From: a virus
Lineage: Duplodnaviria > Caudoviricetes
Virus record (IMG/VR): IMGVR_UViG_3300037067_026422
Length of the DNA stretch: 64,000 nt
Direction: 5' to 3' (one strand)
Shown: positions 46,766-56,677 of the stretch, one piece after another
How the letters are laid out: every line of letters begins with the position of its first letter
How positions within the stretch are numbered: position 1 is the stretch's first letter
Notes under the pieces: model-generated
Databases searched by the model: none
Told to the model about the DNA's origin: nothing
What the model saw: only the letters and a program-made list of their open reading frames with translations
Translations under genes and position numbers: made by a program

Positions 46766-49700
46766 TTATATTCGGTACATGATGCAGAGTATTAAAAATG
46801 CGTCTATTGATATATTGTCTGTTGATTTGTAAAAAATCTCTCCATCCCTACTCAGTATGCATAACTTTTGCTTGGGCCCTATAAACAGGTTGTCACCCCC
46901 AGTTCTAATTATCTCTAAAATATGTCGTAATTGACGAGCTGATACCGGATCAATGTCCATAGGATAATTGAAATAGCCTTCAGCATCAATTCTATCCATT
47001 ATCTTTGCATCCTTAAACAGCGTATCAGCTATATTACTTGCTGTTTTATTCAGTACTGCATGAGCATCACTTTTAATATCCACCCCATCGACAAGCATAC
47101 TCTTAACAGTAATATCTTTATAATAGTTATCCGCACTACTTAAGGTAGTACTGACAGGTTCTACTATCGCAGGATCAGAAGTTGCAGGATCAGAAGATGT
47201 TTCAACGACTGGTTCAGTTTTATGAGCTACTTCAAAATTACCAGTACCTTCTTTTTTTATCTTTTCCTTATATTCTTCCCAATAGTTATGGTCAACATCA
47301 AAAGTATCACCATACTCAGCATCCACATCAAAAGGAACTTCCCACTTGAGCTTGTCCGTAAGATCTCTCAGTTTCATAATCCGACATAGCTCCGGTATTA
47401 CAAAATCAAGCTTATCTTCTTTTACCTCAAAAAGAATTTCATCATGTATCGGGAGAAGAATCTTGATATCCTCCTGAAGATTGTTTTCACAGATCCATTT
47501 ATAAACTCTCCATAAAGCAATCTTTATTACATCAGCCCCCGTATTTTTACTGATGATACCTGCTGAATCAAACCTGTGTAGATCAGAATGAACGGATAAT
47601 GTAAAGGTATCTTCAGTTTTATCTATAATAGTTTTCTTTTTTAATTTATAGTGATAGTATATCTCGGATGGAAGCTCACACCCATATTTCTTCATCATCA
47701 AGAGCATACCCGGCAAGGTTACTTTTTTACCCGTATTAAGCTTACAAAAGTATGCACAATCATTAACATTCTTTCTGTCATATACTGAATAGAGTTTATT
47801 TTGAAATTCCTTTCTCAAAAATTCCGGTAGGATCATCTTGTTAATAGTACTTCTTCTTTTCCACTCTGTAGAAGGTAATCCCAACACCTCCTCTACTTTT
47901 TTAAGATCTTGCCATTCAAGTTTATAGGTATCTTCAGAAACCTTCCTTACAATAGAAGGCAGCCCAATTGACCAGCCTATAAGTTGTGTATCTCTTAACA
48001 ATGCTACAGAAACACCTCCACTCGCGTAGGGAAAACTTATACTTATGTGATGATCGAGAATGAGCTCGGAAACACCCCCACTCGCGTAGGGAAAACTATT
48101 ACAATCATCTGTATCAAAGTATCCCTTTATAAAAGCTGTCCTCATACTAATAGGAGATCTAAAAATCATTTCCGGTATACGCTTAGGTCTTGAGTCAGCA
48201 GGTTGATAACCTAATTCTATAAATAGATCAACCAAACCTTTTGAATTTATCTCCGGAAGATATTTTTTTAATCTTTCATCTTCCAGATTTAATTTCAGGG
48301 ACAATCTGGGGTTAGTTCTTATATCATCTCCTACTACATACCCCATCAAATAGGCTATAAAATCCCATTGCTCTTTAGAGTCTATGACAAAACTTTTTCC
48401 ATTATGAACTGATGCCTTATATTCATATCTTGGTGGATAGCTTCCAAATTCTTTAGCCAAAGGAATAGACACGCATATATCGGTATTTTCATCAAGGTCC
48501 TTAAAATGCCGAAATTCATACCCTTTTTCACCTACAACCAAAACTTCGTGTCGTGTATCACACCTTAAAAGCATACCATTAGATAGTTCTATTGTTGCTA
48601 ATTGACACTTCCCCCTATTAAGAACATCAAAGCTAGCCCATGTGGTACCCGTCCATATTTTTAGATGCTCTCCTTTATCCTTAAACTCCTTAATAGTTCC
48701 TATTGATATATAACCATACTTATCCGTTAAGCACCGCTCTTCCTTAACAAGGCAACCCTGTACGGCTGAATTTATTGCGCATCTATCTCCCTTCGCCTGT
48801 ATCCCTTTATCAGGAGAATTGTAGAATTCCCCAAGAGAACGTCGTCGACCAAACGCAGTCTTACTATACCCACGCTTCTTGGCAGCTTTCCATTCACGCT
48901 GGATCCAGCTACTCAAACCCTTATATTCCTTAAAGAAATTAATAATCATCTTTTTGGCTGTCTCATAGGGTATCTTTGCTTGTGCAGCAAATCCTCCTGC
49001 TCCTCCCCCATATAAAGTTAGGAAATTCAAGGTCTTACCGATCCCGCGTTCTCTCTTGGTAATCTCACTTTTACCCGTGATAATCTTACCTGTGATAGTA
49101 TGCAGATCGCCTGTACCGTGAAGAAACTCATGCAACCATTTAGGCTCTTTAGAAACATTGGCAGCTACCCTCAATTCTTCTCCACTATAGTCTATGGACA
49201 ACATCTTATATCCAGGGTGCGCTATCATTGCTTTACGGAGGTTAATAGAGTGCGGGTCTTCTTTATTATAGGTAGGGACATTCTGACAGTTGACACCACA
49301 GTAACCATCTATTTTCACACCATAACCACCCGAACCGCTAAAACGACCCGTATCCGCCTGAACCTGATTTAGTTTGAATTTAACCTCATCATTTTCATCA
49401 GCATTGATTAACCAGTTGTGCAAATAGGTGCTTTGAACTTTGACATAACCACGATAGGTCAAAACCATATTCATTAGGGGATTTTTAGTCTCCACCATCT
49501 CAAGCACTTCACCATTAGTCTGATACCCCCCAGCTTTTGTCCTTTCAGCTTTTTTAGGATATGGTAATTTAAGCTCATCAAATAAGATCACCCCAAGCTG
49601 CTGTGCAGAGTTTATATCAAATTCATGCCCTACGATGGTATATATCTCTTTTAACAGCTTCTGCATCCTACGCTCTACTTCAATATTCACTTCCTCAAGA

Positions 49701-50497
49701 TATCTCTTATCAATCCTTACATAGTTTCTTTCCATTTCCATCGTAACGAACAAGCAACGCTTTTCAATCTTATATATCGCCCATGGACCATCCCTGCCCG
49801 TCGGATCCTGTTGGTCTATTTTTTCCTTTAAATAAAAGTATAGTGCCAGCGTATTCATCCCATCACCACCACCATAATAAACAGCCTTCTGCGGTGGGAT
49901 CATTTCAAAAGCCACGACAGACTTTTTACGCCCTTTCACACCCATATCATCAATTTCAAGCTGAGGTCGATTGAGGAGAGCCCCTGACAGATATTTTAAA
50001 CCTTTCTCTCTCCTGGAAGCATCTTCTACTGCTGCCATGAGAAAAGTATCCTCATACATTTCTTCACGATCTATGAAGATGCCATGATTCCTTAAAATCT
50101 GACCATCATATTTGAAGTTGTGAAAAACTAATACACAGCTAGCCACAAGCCTGGCAGTTTCCCGAAGCATAAAACTTAATGAAACATTGTATTCCTGAGC
50201 ATCCTCATGAGAGATAGGGATATATACCCCTTCATCTGGATCATGAGCCATGCATATCCCCACGATCCGTATAACAGGCTTACCCTCGGAATCAAGTCTC
50301 GTATTGAGACCTGTAGTCTCAAAATCGTATGAGCATATCCCCTTTTTTATACAGAGATCAATAAAAGCTTCAATATCTGTCTGCTTTTTAAGCAGTATGA
50401 ACTTCTTTGTTTTCATCCATGGACGAAGCTCTATAAGCTCTTTGACACTACTTTCTGTAAAATCATCTAAAAGTTTTGAGGCTATATCAATGGACAT
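46766..50497 (-). CDS. polA: Family A DNA polymerase (3'-5' exonuclease + polymerase) with intein
   Basis: DFETTGL, HNFKYD, TGRFS, QNVP, IDYSGEELR, K.LNF..LYG, NSAVQG|TGAD, IHDE. Confidence 0.95.
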   Translation of the reverse strand: MSIDIASKLLDDFTESSVKELIELRPWMKTKKFILLKKQTDIEAFIDLCIKKGICSYDFETTGLNTRLDSEGKPVIRIVGICMAHDPDEGVYIPISHEDAQEYNVSLSFMLRETARLVASCVLVFHNFKYDGQILRNHGIFIDREEMYEDTFLMAAVEDASRREKGLKYLSGALLNRPQLEIDDMGVKGRKKSVVAFEMIPPQKAVYYGGGDGMNTLALYFYLKEKIDQQDPTGRDGPWAIYKIEKRCLFVTMEMERNYVRIDKRYLEEVNIEVERRMQKLLKEIYTIVGHEFDINSAQQLGVILFDELKLPYPKKAERTKAGGYQTNGEVLEMVETKNPLMNMVLTYRGYVKVQSTYLHNWLINADENDEVKFKLNQVQADTGRFSGSGGYGVKIDGYCGVNCQNVPTYNKEDPHSINLRKAMIAHPGYKMLSIDYSGEELRVAANVSKEPKWLHEFLHGTGDLHTITGKIITGKSEITKRERGIGKTLNFLTLYGGGAGGFAAQAKIPYETAKKMIINFFKEYKGLSSWIQREWKAAKKRGYSKTAFGRRRSLGEFYNSPDKGIQAKGDRCAINSAVQGCLVKEERCLTDKYGYISIGTIKEFKDKGEHLKIWTGTTWASFDVLNRGKCQLATIELSNGMLLRCDTRHEVLVVGEKGYEFRHFKDLDENTDICVSIPLAKEFGSYPPRYEYKASVHNGKSFVIDSKEQWDFIAYLMGYVVGDDIRTNPRLSLKLNLEDERLKKYLPEINSKGLVDLFIELGYQPADSRPKRIPEMIFRSPISMRTAFIKGYFDTDDCNSFPYASGGVSELILDHHISISFPYASGGVSVALLRDTQLIGWSIGLPSIVRKVSEDTYKLEWQDLKKVEEVLGLPSTEWKRRSTINKMILPEFLRKEFQNKLYSVYDRKNVNDCAYFCKLNTGKKVTLPGMLLMMKKYGCELPSEIYYHYKLKKKTIIDKTEDTFTLSVHSDLHRFDSAGIISKNTGADVIKIALWRVYKWICENNLQEDIKILLPIHDEILFEVKEDKLDFVIPELCRIMKLRDLTDKLKWEVPFDVDAEYGDTFDVDHNYWEEYKEKIKKEGTGNFEVAHKTEPVVETSSDPATSDPAIVEPVSTTLSSADNYYKDITVKSMLVDGVDIKSDAHAVLNKTASNIADTLFKDAKIMDRIDAEGYFNYPMDIDPVSARQLRHILEIIRTGGDNLFIGPKQKLCILSRDGEIFYKSTDNISIDAFLILCIMYRI
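47543..48754 (-). mobile_element. Intein (404 aa) with degenerate LAGLIDADG endonuclease in DNA polymerase
   Basis: VQG|CLVKEE...TRHEV...GIISKN|TGAD; LAGLIDADG remnants GYVVGDD and GYFDTDD. Confidence 0.9.
48009..48096 (-). CRISPR. Type I-E-like mini-array (repeat-spacer-repeat) inside the intein coding sequence
   Basis: Two 28-nt repeats GTTTTCCCTACGCGAGTGG(G/A)GGTGTTTC (48069-48096, 48009-48036; 1 mismatch) separated by 32-nt spacer CGAGCTCATTCTCGATCATCACATAAGTATAA. Confidence 0.8.
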
Positions 50498-51050
50498 GGC
50501 TACCTCTTATTTTCTCGAAAACTCTAAGCATACCATCCTTGAGCTTTACATATTGTACTTTAAATTTGTCATCTGGTATAACATACTTTAGCATCATATA
50601 GGCATAAACGAACTTAGCATATACATTTAAATCAATATCATCCCTTGCTGCCAAGATAGCCATTCGTAATCTTTCAAGGGACATTTTTCGTTCATCTACT
50701 TTTGGTTCTACTCTTACCTGTAACTTCCGTACATGTTCTTCAGTAGCTTCAGGCAATTTAGAAAGATCCAAAGAATAATCCTTAACTATCCTGCTTATCG
50801 CCTCACCAAACCCGATACCCTCCTTCTTCCTCACATAGGAGATAGCATCCCACTTTTCCTTGCATACCCAACAATATGCTGTATCTGTAGCTTTATAGTA
50901 TCGAGAGCTCTTTTTCCTATCTGCACCATGAAAAGGACAAGAAAACTGCTCCTCTTCCTGAGAGTTGGTTATTCTACCATCCAGTCTAAGCATCTCCCCC
51001 AAGGAAACCTGCTCTTTTATTAGACCTTTTACACTCTCGATATCTTTCAT
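50487..51050 (-). CDS. CHC2 zinc-finger protein (primase Zn-binding domain)
   Basis: CPFH...CWVC..WD.I.Y...EG..F.EA; no TOPRIM domain. Confidence 0.8.
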   Translation of the reverse strand: MKDIESVKGLIKEQVSLGEMLRLDGRITNSQEEEQFSCPFHGADRKKSSRYYKATDTAYCWVCKEKWDAISYVRKKEGIGFGEAISRIVKDYSLDLSKLPEATEEHVRKLQVRVEPKVDERKMSLERLRMAILAARDDIDLNVYAKFVYAYMMLKYVIPDDKFKVQYVKLKDGMLRVFEKIRGSHVH

Positions 51051-52582
51051 ACTAACGAGCTCATATCTATAAGATTATCGTTATTCTCAATGGCATGAGA
51101 AAAGTTCCAAATGAATCCTGTTTCATAATCTATACAGGCATCAAAAGGTTTGAATAGCTTATTCCTTCTATTCTTAAGGCAACATAACTTTAAGCGATTG
51201 TTGTCACCCTCTTCATCAAATTTATAAGTTGAAGCTACCAAATCAGCGCTACGTTCCACTTCATGGTTATTACTCAAAGCCGTAAGATCATACAACCCCT
51301 CATTTTTCTTAGCTTCACGATACCCGTCACGATTAGCCTGGTGAGGAGATAGTATTCTCATCCCTTTACCATTATTAAAAGTGAGGCATAATCTCTTAAG
51401 ACTCTTGACTACATTATTTGTAGTTTCATTGTGATCTCTGGAACGCTCCCCCTCATCCGCTCCCATAAGACTGATGTAATCTATGACCCCAAATTCCAGA
51501 TCTCTACCCGACATTTGTAAGTCTTGCTGATACTGCCTGAACTTTAAATCTATCTCGGATAATGTCGTAATGGTCTTTTCAGGCTGCCATATAAAAAATC
51601 TACCATATCCAGAGCTTTCAGTAGAAGAATCAAAATCTTCACAAACTCTGAAAAAGTATTCCTTTTCATCTTTTGACAGTCTTCCATATCTGACATTGTT
51701 ATAGGTGACTTTACCTACAAGATGAGCAAACTTAGGCCACAAGATTCTAAACTTTGGATTACAGGAGTGAAGTACATACATTTTATCACGCAGTTCACTG
51801 AATGTCATTTCAAGAGTGACAAAAGCTGTATTCCAACCCCCATATAAAGCCCGATAAGCCATGTTCAGTGAAAAGGTAGTTTTACAATGTCCCGTAAAGG
51901 CTGTAATGATCATCAGCTCACCTGATTTAAGCCCCCCTGTGGCATCATCAATCTCTTTAAGCCAGGTCTGGATCCCGATCGAATCCGTAGGACTCGATTC
52001 AGTCTTAGTGTACTTATCCCTAACTTCCTTAGAGTCCTCTTCACTTACTATCTGGCTCTCGGTTTTTATTCCTGTCAGATTCTGATGAATATTTCGAGTC
52101 TCTCGAGCAAAGTAGCTAATTGAATCCGAAATCCCCTTAAGCTTTGTCTTATGCTTGCCTTTCTGTACCTCCATACCTATGGAAGCTATCTTCTGGGCAT
52201 TATTGAGGACTTTCTCAAGTTCTAATACCTGTTGCTGCTCATTATAATCCTTGAGGATGGTCCTAAAATCCATACCTACATATGGCTGCTGAATTCGAAT
52301 CTTATCCAGGATCACCAGAACCGATTCACTACCCTCAATAGTTTGAAAATGATTTTTTACAAACTCATAAGATGGAACTGAAAATTCTTCAGCATCACAC
52401 TTCTTTACATAATCAAAGATAAAATAATAAAGACTTTTATAAGCTTTTTCTTCCGGGGGATACGGGATTATTTGCTGCAAAGCCCGGAAGTTCTTCATAC
52501 AATCCTTTTGGGAGATTGTTTCTATCCCGGCTTCTGTTTTTATATAAATAATGGATCTGAATATAATGTCTATCTCAATCAT
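51047..52582 (-). CDS. dnaB: DnaB-like replicative helicase
   Basis: ID..TGGL..GEL, AFTGHCKT, TLEM, VIDY, HQANR, E.SAD, KNR. Confidence 0.85.
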   Translation of the reverse strand: MIEIDIIFRSIIYIKTEAGIETISQKDCMKNFRALQQIIPYPPEEKAYKSLYYFIFDYVKKCDAEEFSVPSYEFVKNHFQTIEGSESVLVILDKIRIQQPYVGMDFRTILKDYNEQQQVLELEKVLNNAQKIASIGMEVQKGKHKTKLKGISDSISYFARETRNIHQNLTGIKTESQIVSEEDSKEVRDKYTKTESSPTDSIGIQTWLKEIDDATGGLKSGELMIITAFTGHCKTTFSLNMAYRALYGGWNTAFVTLEMTFSELRDKMYVLHSCNPKFRILWPKFAHLVGKVTYNNVRYGRLSKDEKEYFFRVCEDFDSSTESSGYGRFFIWQPEKTITTLSEIDLKFRQYQQDLQMSGRDLEFGVIDYISLMGADEGERSRDHNETTNNVVKSLKRLCLTFNNGKGMRILSPHQANRDGYREAKKNEGLYDLTALSNNHEVERSADLVASTYKFDEEGDNNRLKLCCLKNRRNKLFKPFDACIDYETGFIWNFSHAIENNDNLIDMSSLV

Positions 52583-52593
52583 GGATTATCCTC

Positions 52594-53274
52594 TTATATA
52601 TTTGCTAGGCTATCATTTATTCCACTCTCAGTTTTTTTCATTCCTTCTTTTCTTGAAACATACCCCTTTAAATAGTCAAGATTATTCAAGCTTATCTTTT
52701 TGTATGAGTCAAAATAATATTTCAAATCTGGACTATACTCCCGAGTAGCTTCTATTGTGGTAAAATCACGAACATATACCCATGTAGGCTTAGATAGCCT
52801 GTTACGATTTTTTATCACCTCAGCAACACAATCTTTAAGACTTGTATATCGAGCAGTAGTAGTAAGAAGCAAGGCCAGCATATCATACTGATTCAGGTGA
52901 GACGTAGTAAGCCAATCTCCCGTAGTATCCTTGGGTACATTATACTTTTCTACAATAGTACCCCCCTCAAGGATAATGTAATTTTTATACATAAATCCTT
53001 TTAGAAAATAGCACTTTACAAGATAAAGAAAAATTTCTTCTGATCCATGAAAGATATAATCTTTATCTCCATAAAGATTGTGGACAGCTTCTGAATCTAT
53101 TGGATTTGCATCCCCTACAGGGGATAACATCCCATATTTCTTGCCTATGCAGAAATTAATCTGACAGAAACATGGCTCAGTATATGGATATAATGCACGA
53201 TGCCCGGATTCGACAACCTCTTTGAATCCGGTAGCAATATACCCAGTTCCATTACAGTACTTACAAGTTTCCAT
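52594..53274 (-). CDS. Putative helicase loader (DnaC/DnaI-like, degenerate ATPase)
   Basis: CKYC.G.G...PC.C Zn module, VI.NR....KPTW; adjacent to DnaB. Confidence 0.5.
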   Translation of the reverse strand: METCKYCNGTGYIATGFKEVVESGHRALYPYTEPCFCQINFCIGKKYGMLSPVGDANPIDSEAVHNLYGDKDYIFHGSEEIFLYLVKCYFLKGFMYKNYIILEGGTIVEKYNVPKDTTGDWLTTSHLNQYDMLALLLTTTARYTSLKDCVAEVIKNRNRLSKPTWVYVRDFTTIEATREYSPDLKYYFDSYKKISLNNLDYLKGYVSRKEGMKKTESGINDSLANI

Positions 53275-53286
53275 AAACTATCTGCT

Positions 53287-56200
53287 CTATTTGAAAACAG
53301 AACTATATAGGGCATCAACCGTGCCCTCATCATCCTTAAACAGTATATTATCTTTAAAATCTATTGCACCCTCAGCTATATCACCTATGACATTACCTAT
53401 AAGATCCTTTTTAGAATCCAGTATCTGAAGCACATGTTCATCTATGGTTTTTTTATTTATCATATGAAGCAGTAATATGTGCTCACGAACGCTACCTATG
53501 CGCTGGGCCCGCCCTATAGACTGATAAAGGTCCCCATAAGACCATGGCGTGTCGTAATAGAGTATTACGCCAGCAGCTTGAAGATTGATCGCTGCTGATC
53601 CTGCCTGAGTAATAAAAATAACCTTGCAATCCTGATTCATGTCCTGAAATAATTTCTTGGAGTTATTACGGGCTATCGAATCATCATCTCCCGTGATCCT
53701 GACATGCTTTATCTCAAGCTCATCAAGAGTGTGTGCAAGTCGTTTGATACCCGATTTGAATCTGGTAAACACTATCGTTTTCTCCTCCGATAGCTCTTGC
53801 TCAAAAAGTCTCCGAAACTCTGTTTCTTTTGAACTCTCTCCCTCTTCCCCCAACCACCCTGGACCATTAGAAACAAGCTGACAATAGGATAATGCAGCAA
53901 TTTTATTTTTTAGAAGTCCGTCTTTTGTAAGGGATTCTTCATATCTAAGCTTAAGTAGCTCAAAAGTTTTACTCTCTTTTTCAGTCAACTCAGCCCTGCC
54001 ACTACAATACTCTTCAAACTTAAAGTACTTTTCTTTGATCAGTTTACGATAAAGCTCACCACTCAAAGCTTTCCTATATAATTGCTCCTGATCTTCAGAC
54101 ATTTCAAGTATAAGCTTTCTGGAGATAAGCTGTGGCAGTTCTGATGCAACATCACGAGTTTTACGCATCAAGAAGAAAGGGTCTATAAGATCCTTAAATT
54201 GTGCAAGATTCTTATATCCTACAGTTTTATTGAAATAACGCTTTCTTCCCTTTTGCCACAGAGTCATCTTCTTTCTTATAACGTATTCCCTATTAAATCC
54301 TATCTTTCCCGGGAATAATCCTGGCACTATTACTTTATATATATTATAAGGTTCCTCAAGCCGGTTCTTTATAATCGTAGCAGACATCCCATAAACGAAG
54401 GTGGCTTTTGAGGATATTTCATTAGCTCCGAACCATGTCTTAGTTGTACTGTTTTTGATCTCCTGTACTTCATCAAAGGCAACCTGAAACAACGTACCAC
54501 GATTTTCAGCCAAAAATATATAATCATCCTGCACGACATGATAGTTACAGATAAGAACATGGGCTTTTATATGATTATACTGCGCTTTCCGTGCTTCAAT
54601 CCCACGAAGAGTCTTATACTTCTTTCCAGACACTTTAAGCTCTTCGATAGAGCCATACTGATCTACGCCTTTTACCTTACCATATTGGTTGGTGAGGACG
54701 TGAACAGTAACTCCCTCACAGAATCTCTCAAACTCCTCTTTCCACTGCTCCATAGCCGATTTTGCAGTCACTACAAGAAGTTTCAGATTTGGAGTAGACA
54801 TAAGACGATAAGCATATGCAGTTATCATCTGAAGCGTATTATGATTAACGAAACCATTACCTATAAAATGATTCTCCACCGGGACATTAAAATCAGCAAA
54901 AACAGCTTTTACTGGTTCTATAGATACTATTTTATCAAAATAAAAGTTTTGATCTTGAATAAACTTTAATGTTGAATAATTCGAGACTATTTCTTTTAGA
55001 TTATATCTATCTATCTCTTGTATAAAAGAATCCAGCAATTCATAAGTCAGTCCTTTTTTCTTATAGATGACTTCTTCTAGCATTCTTTTTAAATGGTATC
55101 CAACCATACCTTTCCAACCAGACCCTTTAACTGAAAAACCTTTATGTTCTGGAAGAGTCTTTAAATGGGAGATTATATCATTTATTGCCTGTTTTACTAA
55201 AGGTTTCCCTATAGATATTATATCCAGATTAGAGTTTCTTTTTTTATTTATTACTTGGCTAAGAAATTCATTTTTCCTATTCGATATAAACCCTATAGTC
55301 TTCTGAAATTCCACAGCATCCCTACCGCAAAAATAAAGAAGAAAGTAAGGTCTCCGTTCATTTCCTACGCTTACCATTTTTTTCTTTAATCTTGATGTAA
55401 CCCCAAAGTTTAATAACAATAGTTGTGTTTGCTTTAGAAGTATCTGAGATTTTGAAGAGCAGCTAATTATGCCATTTGAAACCTCTACACTACCATTCCC
55501 CTCATAATATGCTCTTAAAAAAGCCCTAATAACAGATCTTGGGGAAGACAATATAGAATCTGGTACTTTTTGATCCCCAGACCTTGCCTCAAGGTTAATA
55601 CCTAATAACTCAAAGATCTTTACTATCTCCAAGCTATTTATAGTTATTTCTTCGTTGTAATTTAAAGTATTTTCGGATTGAACATAACCAAAAATACTTG
55701 ATAATAATTCCCGTATCTTTTTATGAATAGGAGGATCGAACTGAGTAATGACTATAGTATACTCACGTGAGCCGTGCCCCTCAGAGACATAGAAGCCTAG
55801 TAATTCCGCCAGATTCTCATCAAGATATGATGGGATCTTATACCCTTTAGAACGAGTACTGTTTTTTTCATACGTGATATTAACGTACTTGTCCGAGAAC
55901 AAACCACCTCTATAAATACAGGCGTAATCCCCTACACTCAAAGTATCAAGTCGCTTATATTCAAAAGAGTCAACAGTGGGAACATAAAGGGGATGATGCC
56001 CCAATCCTATTAGTTCATAACCTTTTTGAGTGGTTATTTTTAAGCCATCTTTTTCACCACAATAGTATATAGCCCCAGGTCTCTGAGGACCATTCATAGT
56101 TAAGATATCTAAAGCATGCAAAAAAGAATATAACTGATCTTCCTTAACATCAAGGGGTAACAAATCCTTAAGTTTTTTTAATCCATTAGTGGTCGGGATA

Positions 56201-56412
56201 TAAGATTCTACATCGATGCACTTTCCCAAACCTACACCATCTCCAAGAATCATTCGAGAAAGAGAAAGAAGATGTACAACCCCAATGGTCTGATACCCAC
56301 GAAGTTGCGTAGAGGGGTTTAGATATTTGCAGGGCTTAAGACTTGCTTTTTTGGACTGACGGAGCTTTTTGAGAAAAGCATAATTAGACGGTTTGCTGCT
56401 AACGCCAGCCAT
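53287..56412 (-). CDS. SNF2-family helicase with intein
   Basis: LRGYQ, GDGVGLGK|T, FDEVQ, SAT, IVFTRF, AINLQ, QSIGRAQRIG. Confidence 0.93.
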   Translation of the reverse strand: MAGVSSKPSNYAFLKKLRQSKKASLKPCKYLNPSTQLRGYQTIGVVHLLSLSRMILGDGVGLGKCIDVESYIPTTNGLKKLKDLLPLDVKEDQLYSFLHALDILTMNGPQRPGAIYYCGEKDGLKITTQKGYELIGLGHHPLYVPTVDSFEYKRLDTLSVGDYACIYRGGLFSDKYVNITYEKNSTRSKGYKIPSYLDENLAELLGFYVSEGHGSREYTIVITQFDPPIHKKIRELLSSIFGYVQSENTLNYNEEITINSLEIVKIFELLGINLEARSGDQKVPDSILSSPRSVIRAFLRAYYEGNGSVEVSNGIISCSSKSQILLKQTQLLLLNFGVTSRLKKKMVSVGNERRPYFLLYFCGRDAVEFQKTIGFISNRKNEFLSQVINKKRNSNLDIISIGKPLVKQAINDIISHLKTLPEHKGFSVKGSGWKGMVGYHLKRMLEEVIYKKKGLTYELLDSFIQEIDRYNLKEIVSNYSTLKFIQDQNFYFDKIVSIEPVKAVFADFNVPVENHFIGNGFVNHNTLQMITAYAYRLMSTPNLKLLVVTAKSAMEQWKEEFERFCEGVTVHVLTNQYGKVKGVDQYGSIEELKVSGKKYKTLRGIEARKAQYNHIKAHVLICNYHVVQDDYIFLAENRGTLFQVAFDEVQEIKNSTTKTWFGANEISSKATFVYGMSATIIKNRLEEPYNIYKVIVPGLFPGKIGFNREYVIRKKMTLWQKGRKRYFNKTVGYKNLAQFKDLIDPFFLMRKTRDVASELPQLISRKLILEMSEDQEQLYRKALSGELYRKLIKEKYFKFEEYCSGRAELTEKESKTFELLKLRYEESLTKDGLLKNKIAALSYCQLVSNGPGWLGEEGESSKETEFRRLFEQELSEEKTIVFTRFKSGIKRLAHTLDELEIKHVRITGDDDSIARNNSKKLFQDMNQDCKVIFITQAGSAAINLQAAGVILYYDTPWSYGDLYQSIGRAQRIGSVREHILLLHMINKKTIDEHVLQILDSKKDLIGNVIGDIAEGAIDFKDNILFKDDEGTVDALYSSVFK
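54838..56220 (-). mobile_element. Intein (461 aa) with LAGLIDADG endonuclease in the SNF2 P-loop
   Basis: GLGK|CIDVES...HHPL...GFVNHN|TLQ; LLGFYVSEG and LRAYYEGNG motifs. Confidence 0.93.
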
Positions 56413-56616
56413 CAGGTATCCCCCTGTTCGGATTTCCAGAAACTAACCTTCATCAGGTCATAAGACTAATCAATAAAATAAAAGCTAATCCAAAAATGAC
56501 AGGCTATGCGTTAGGAGATTTTTTCAAATTAAAAAAATTTGAAGTTATATTCGTAACCCCTTATCCACCCTAAAAATAAGTACGGGTGCTTCTTTCCTAT
56601 CTCCCTGTCGAAGTTT

Positions 56617-56656
56617 AACTATCAATAAAACTATATACAAAAAAAAGTACTGTCAA
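56617..56656 (-). promoter_or_regulatory. Putative sigma70 promoter upstream of the replication module
   Basis: TTGACA followed 15-17 nt later by TATAGT/TAGTTT in the intergenic region. Confidence 0.45.
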
Positions 56657-56677
56657 CGACTTTATCTAAAATACTTT

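Noticed and set aside
47168-47197. 15-nt tandem duplication in polA
   Set aside because: Encodes a low-complexity linker (SDPATSDPA) with no hairpin or spacer structure.
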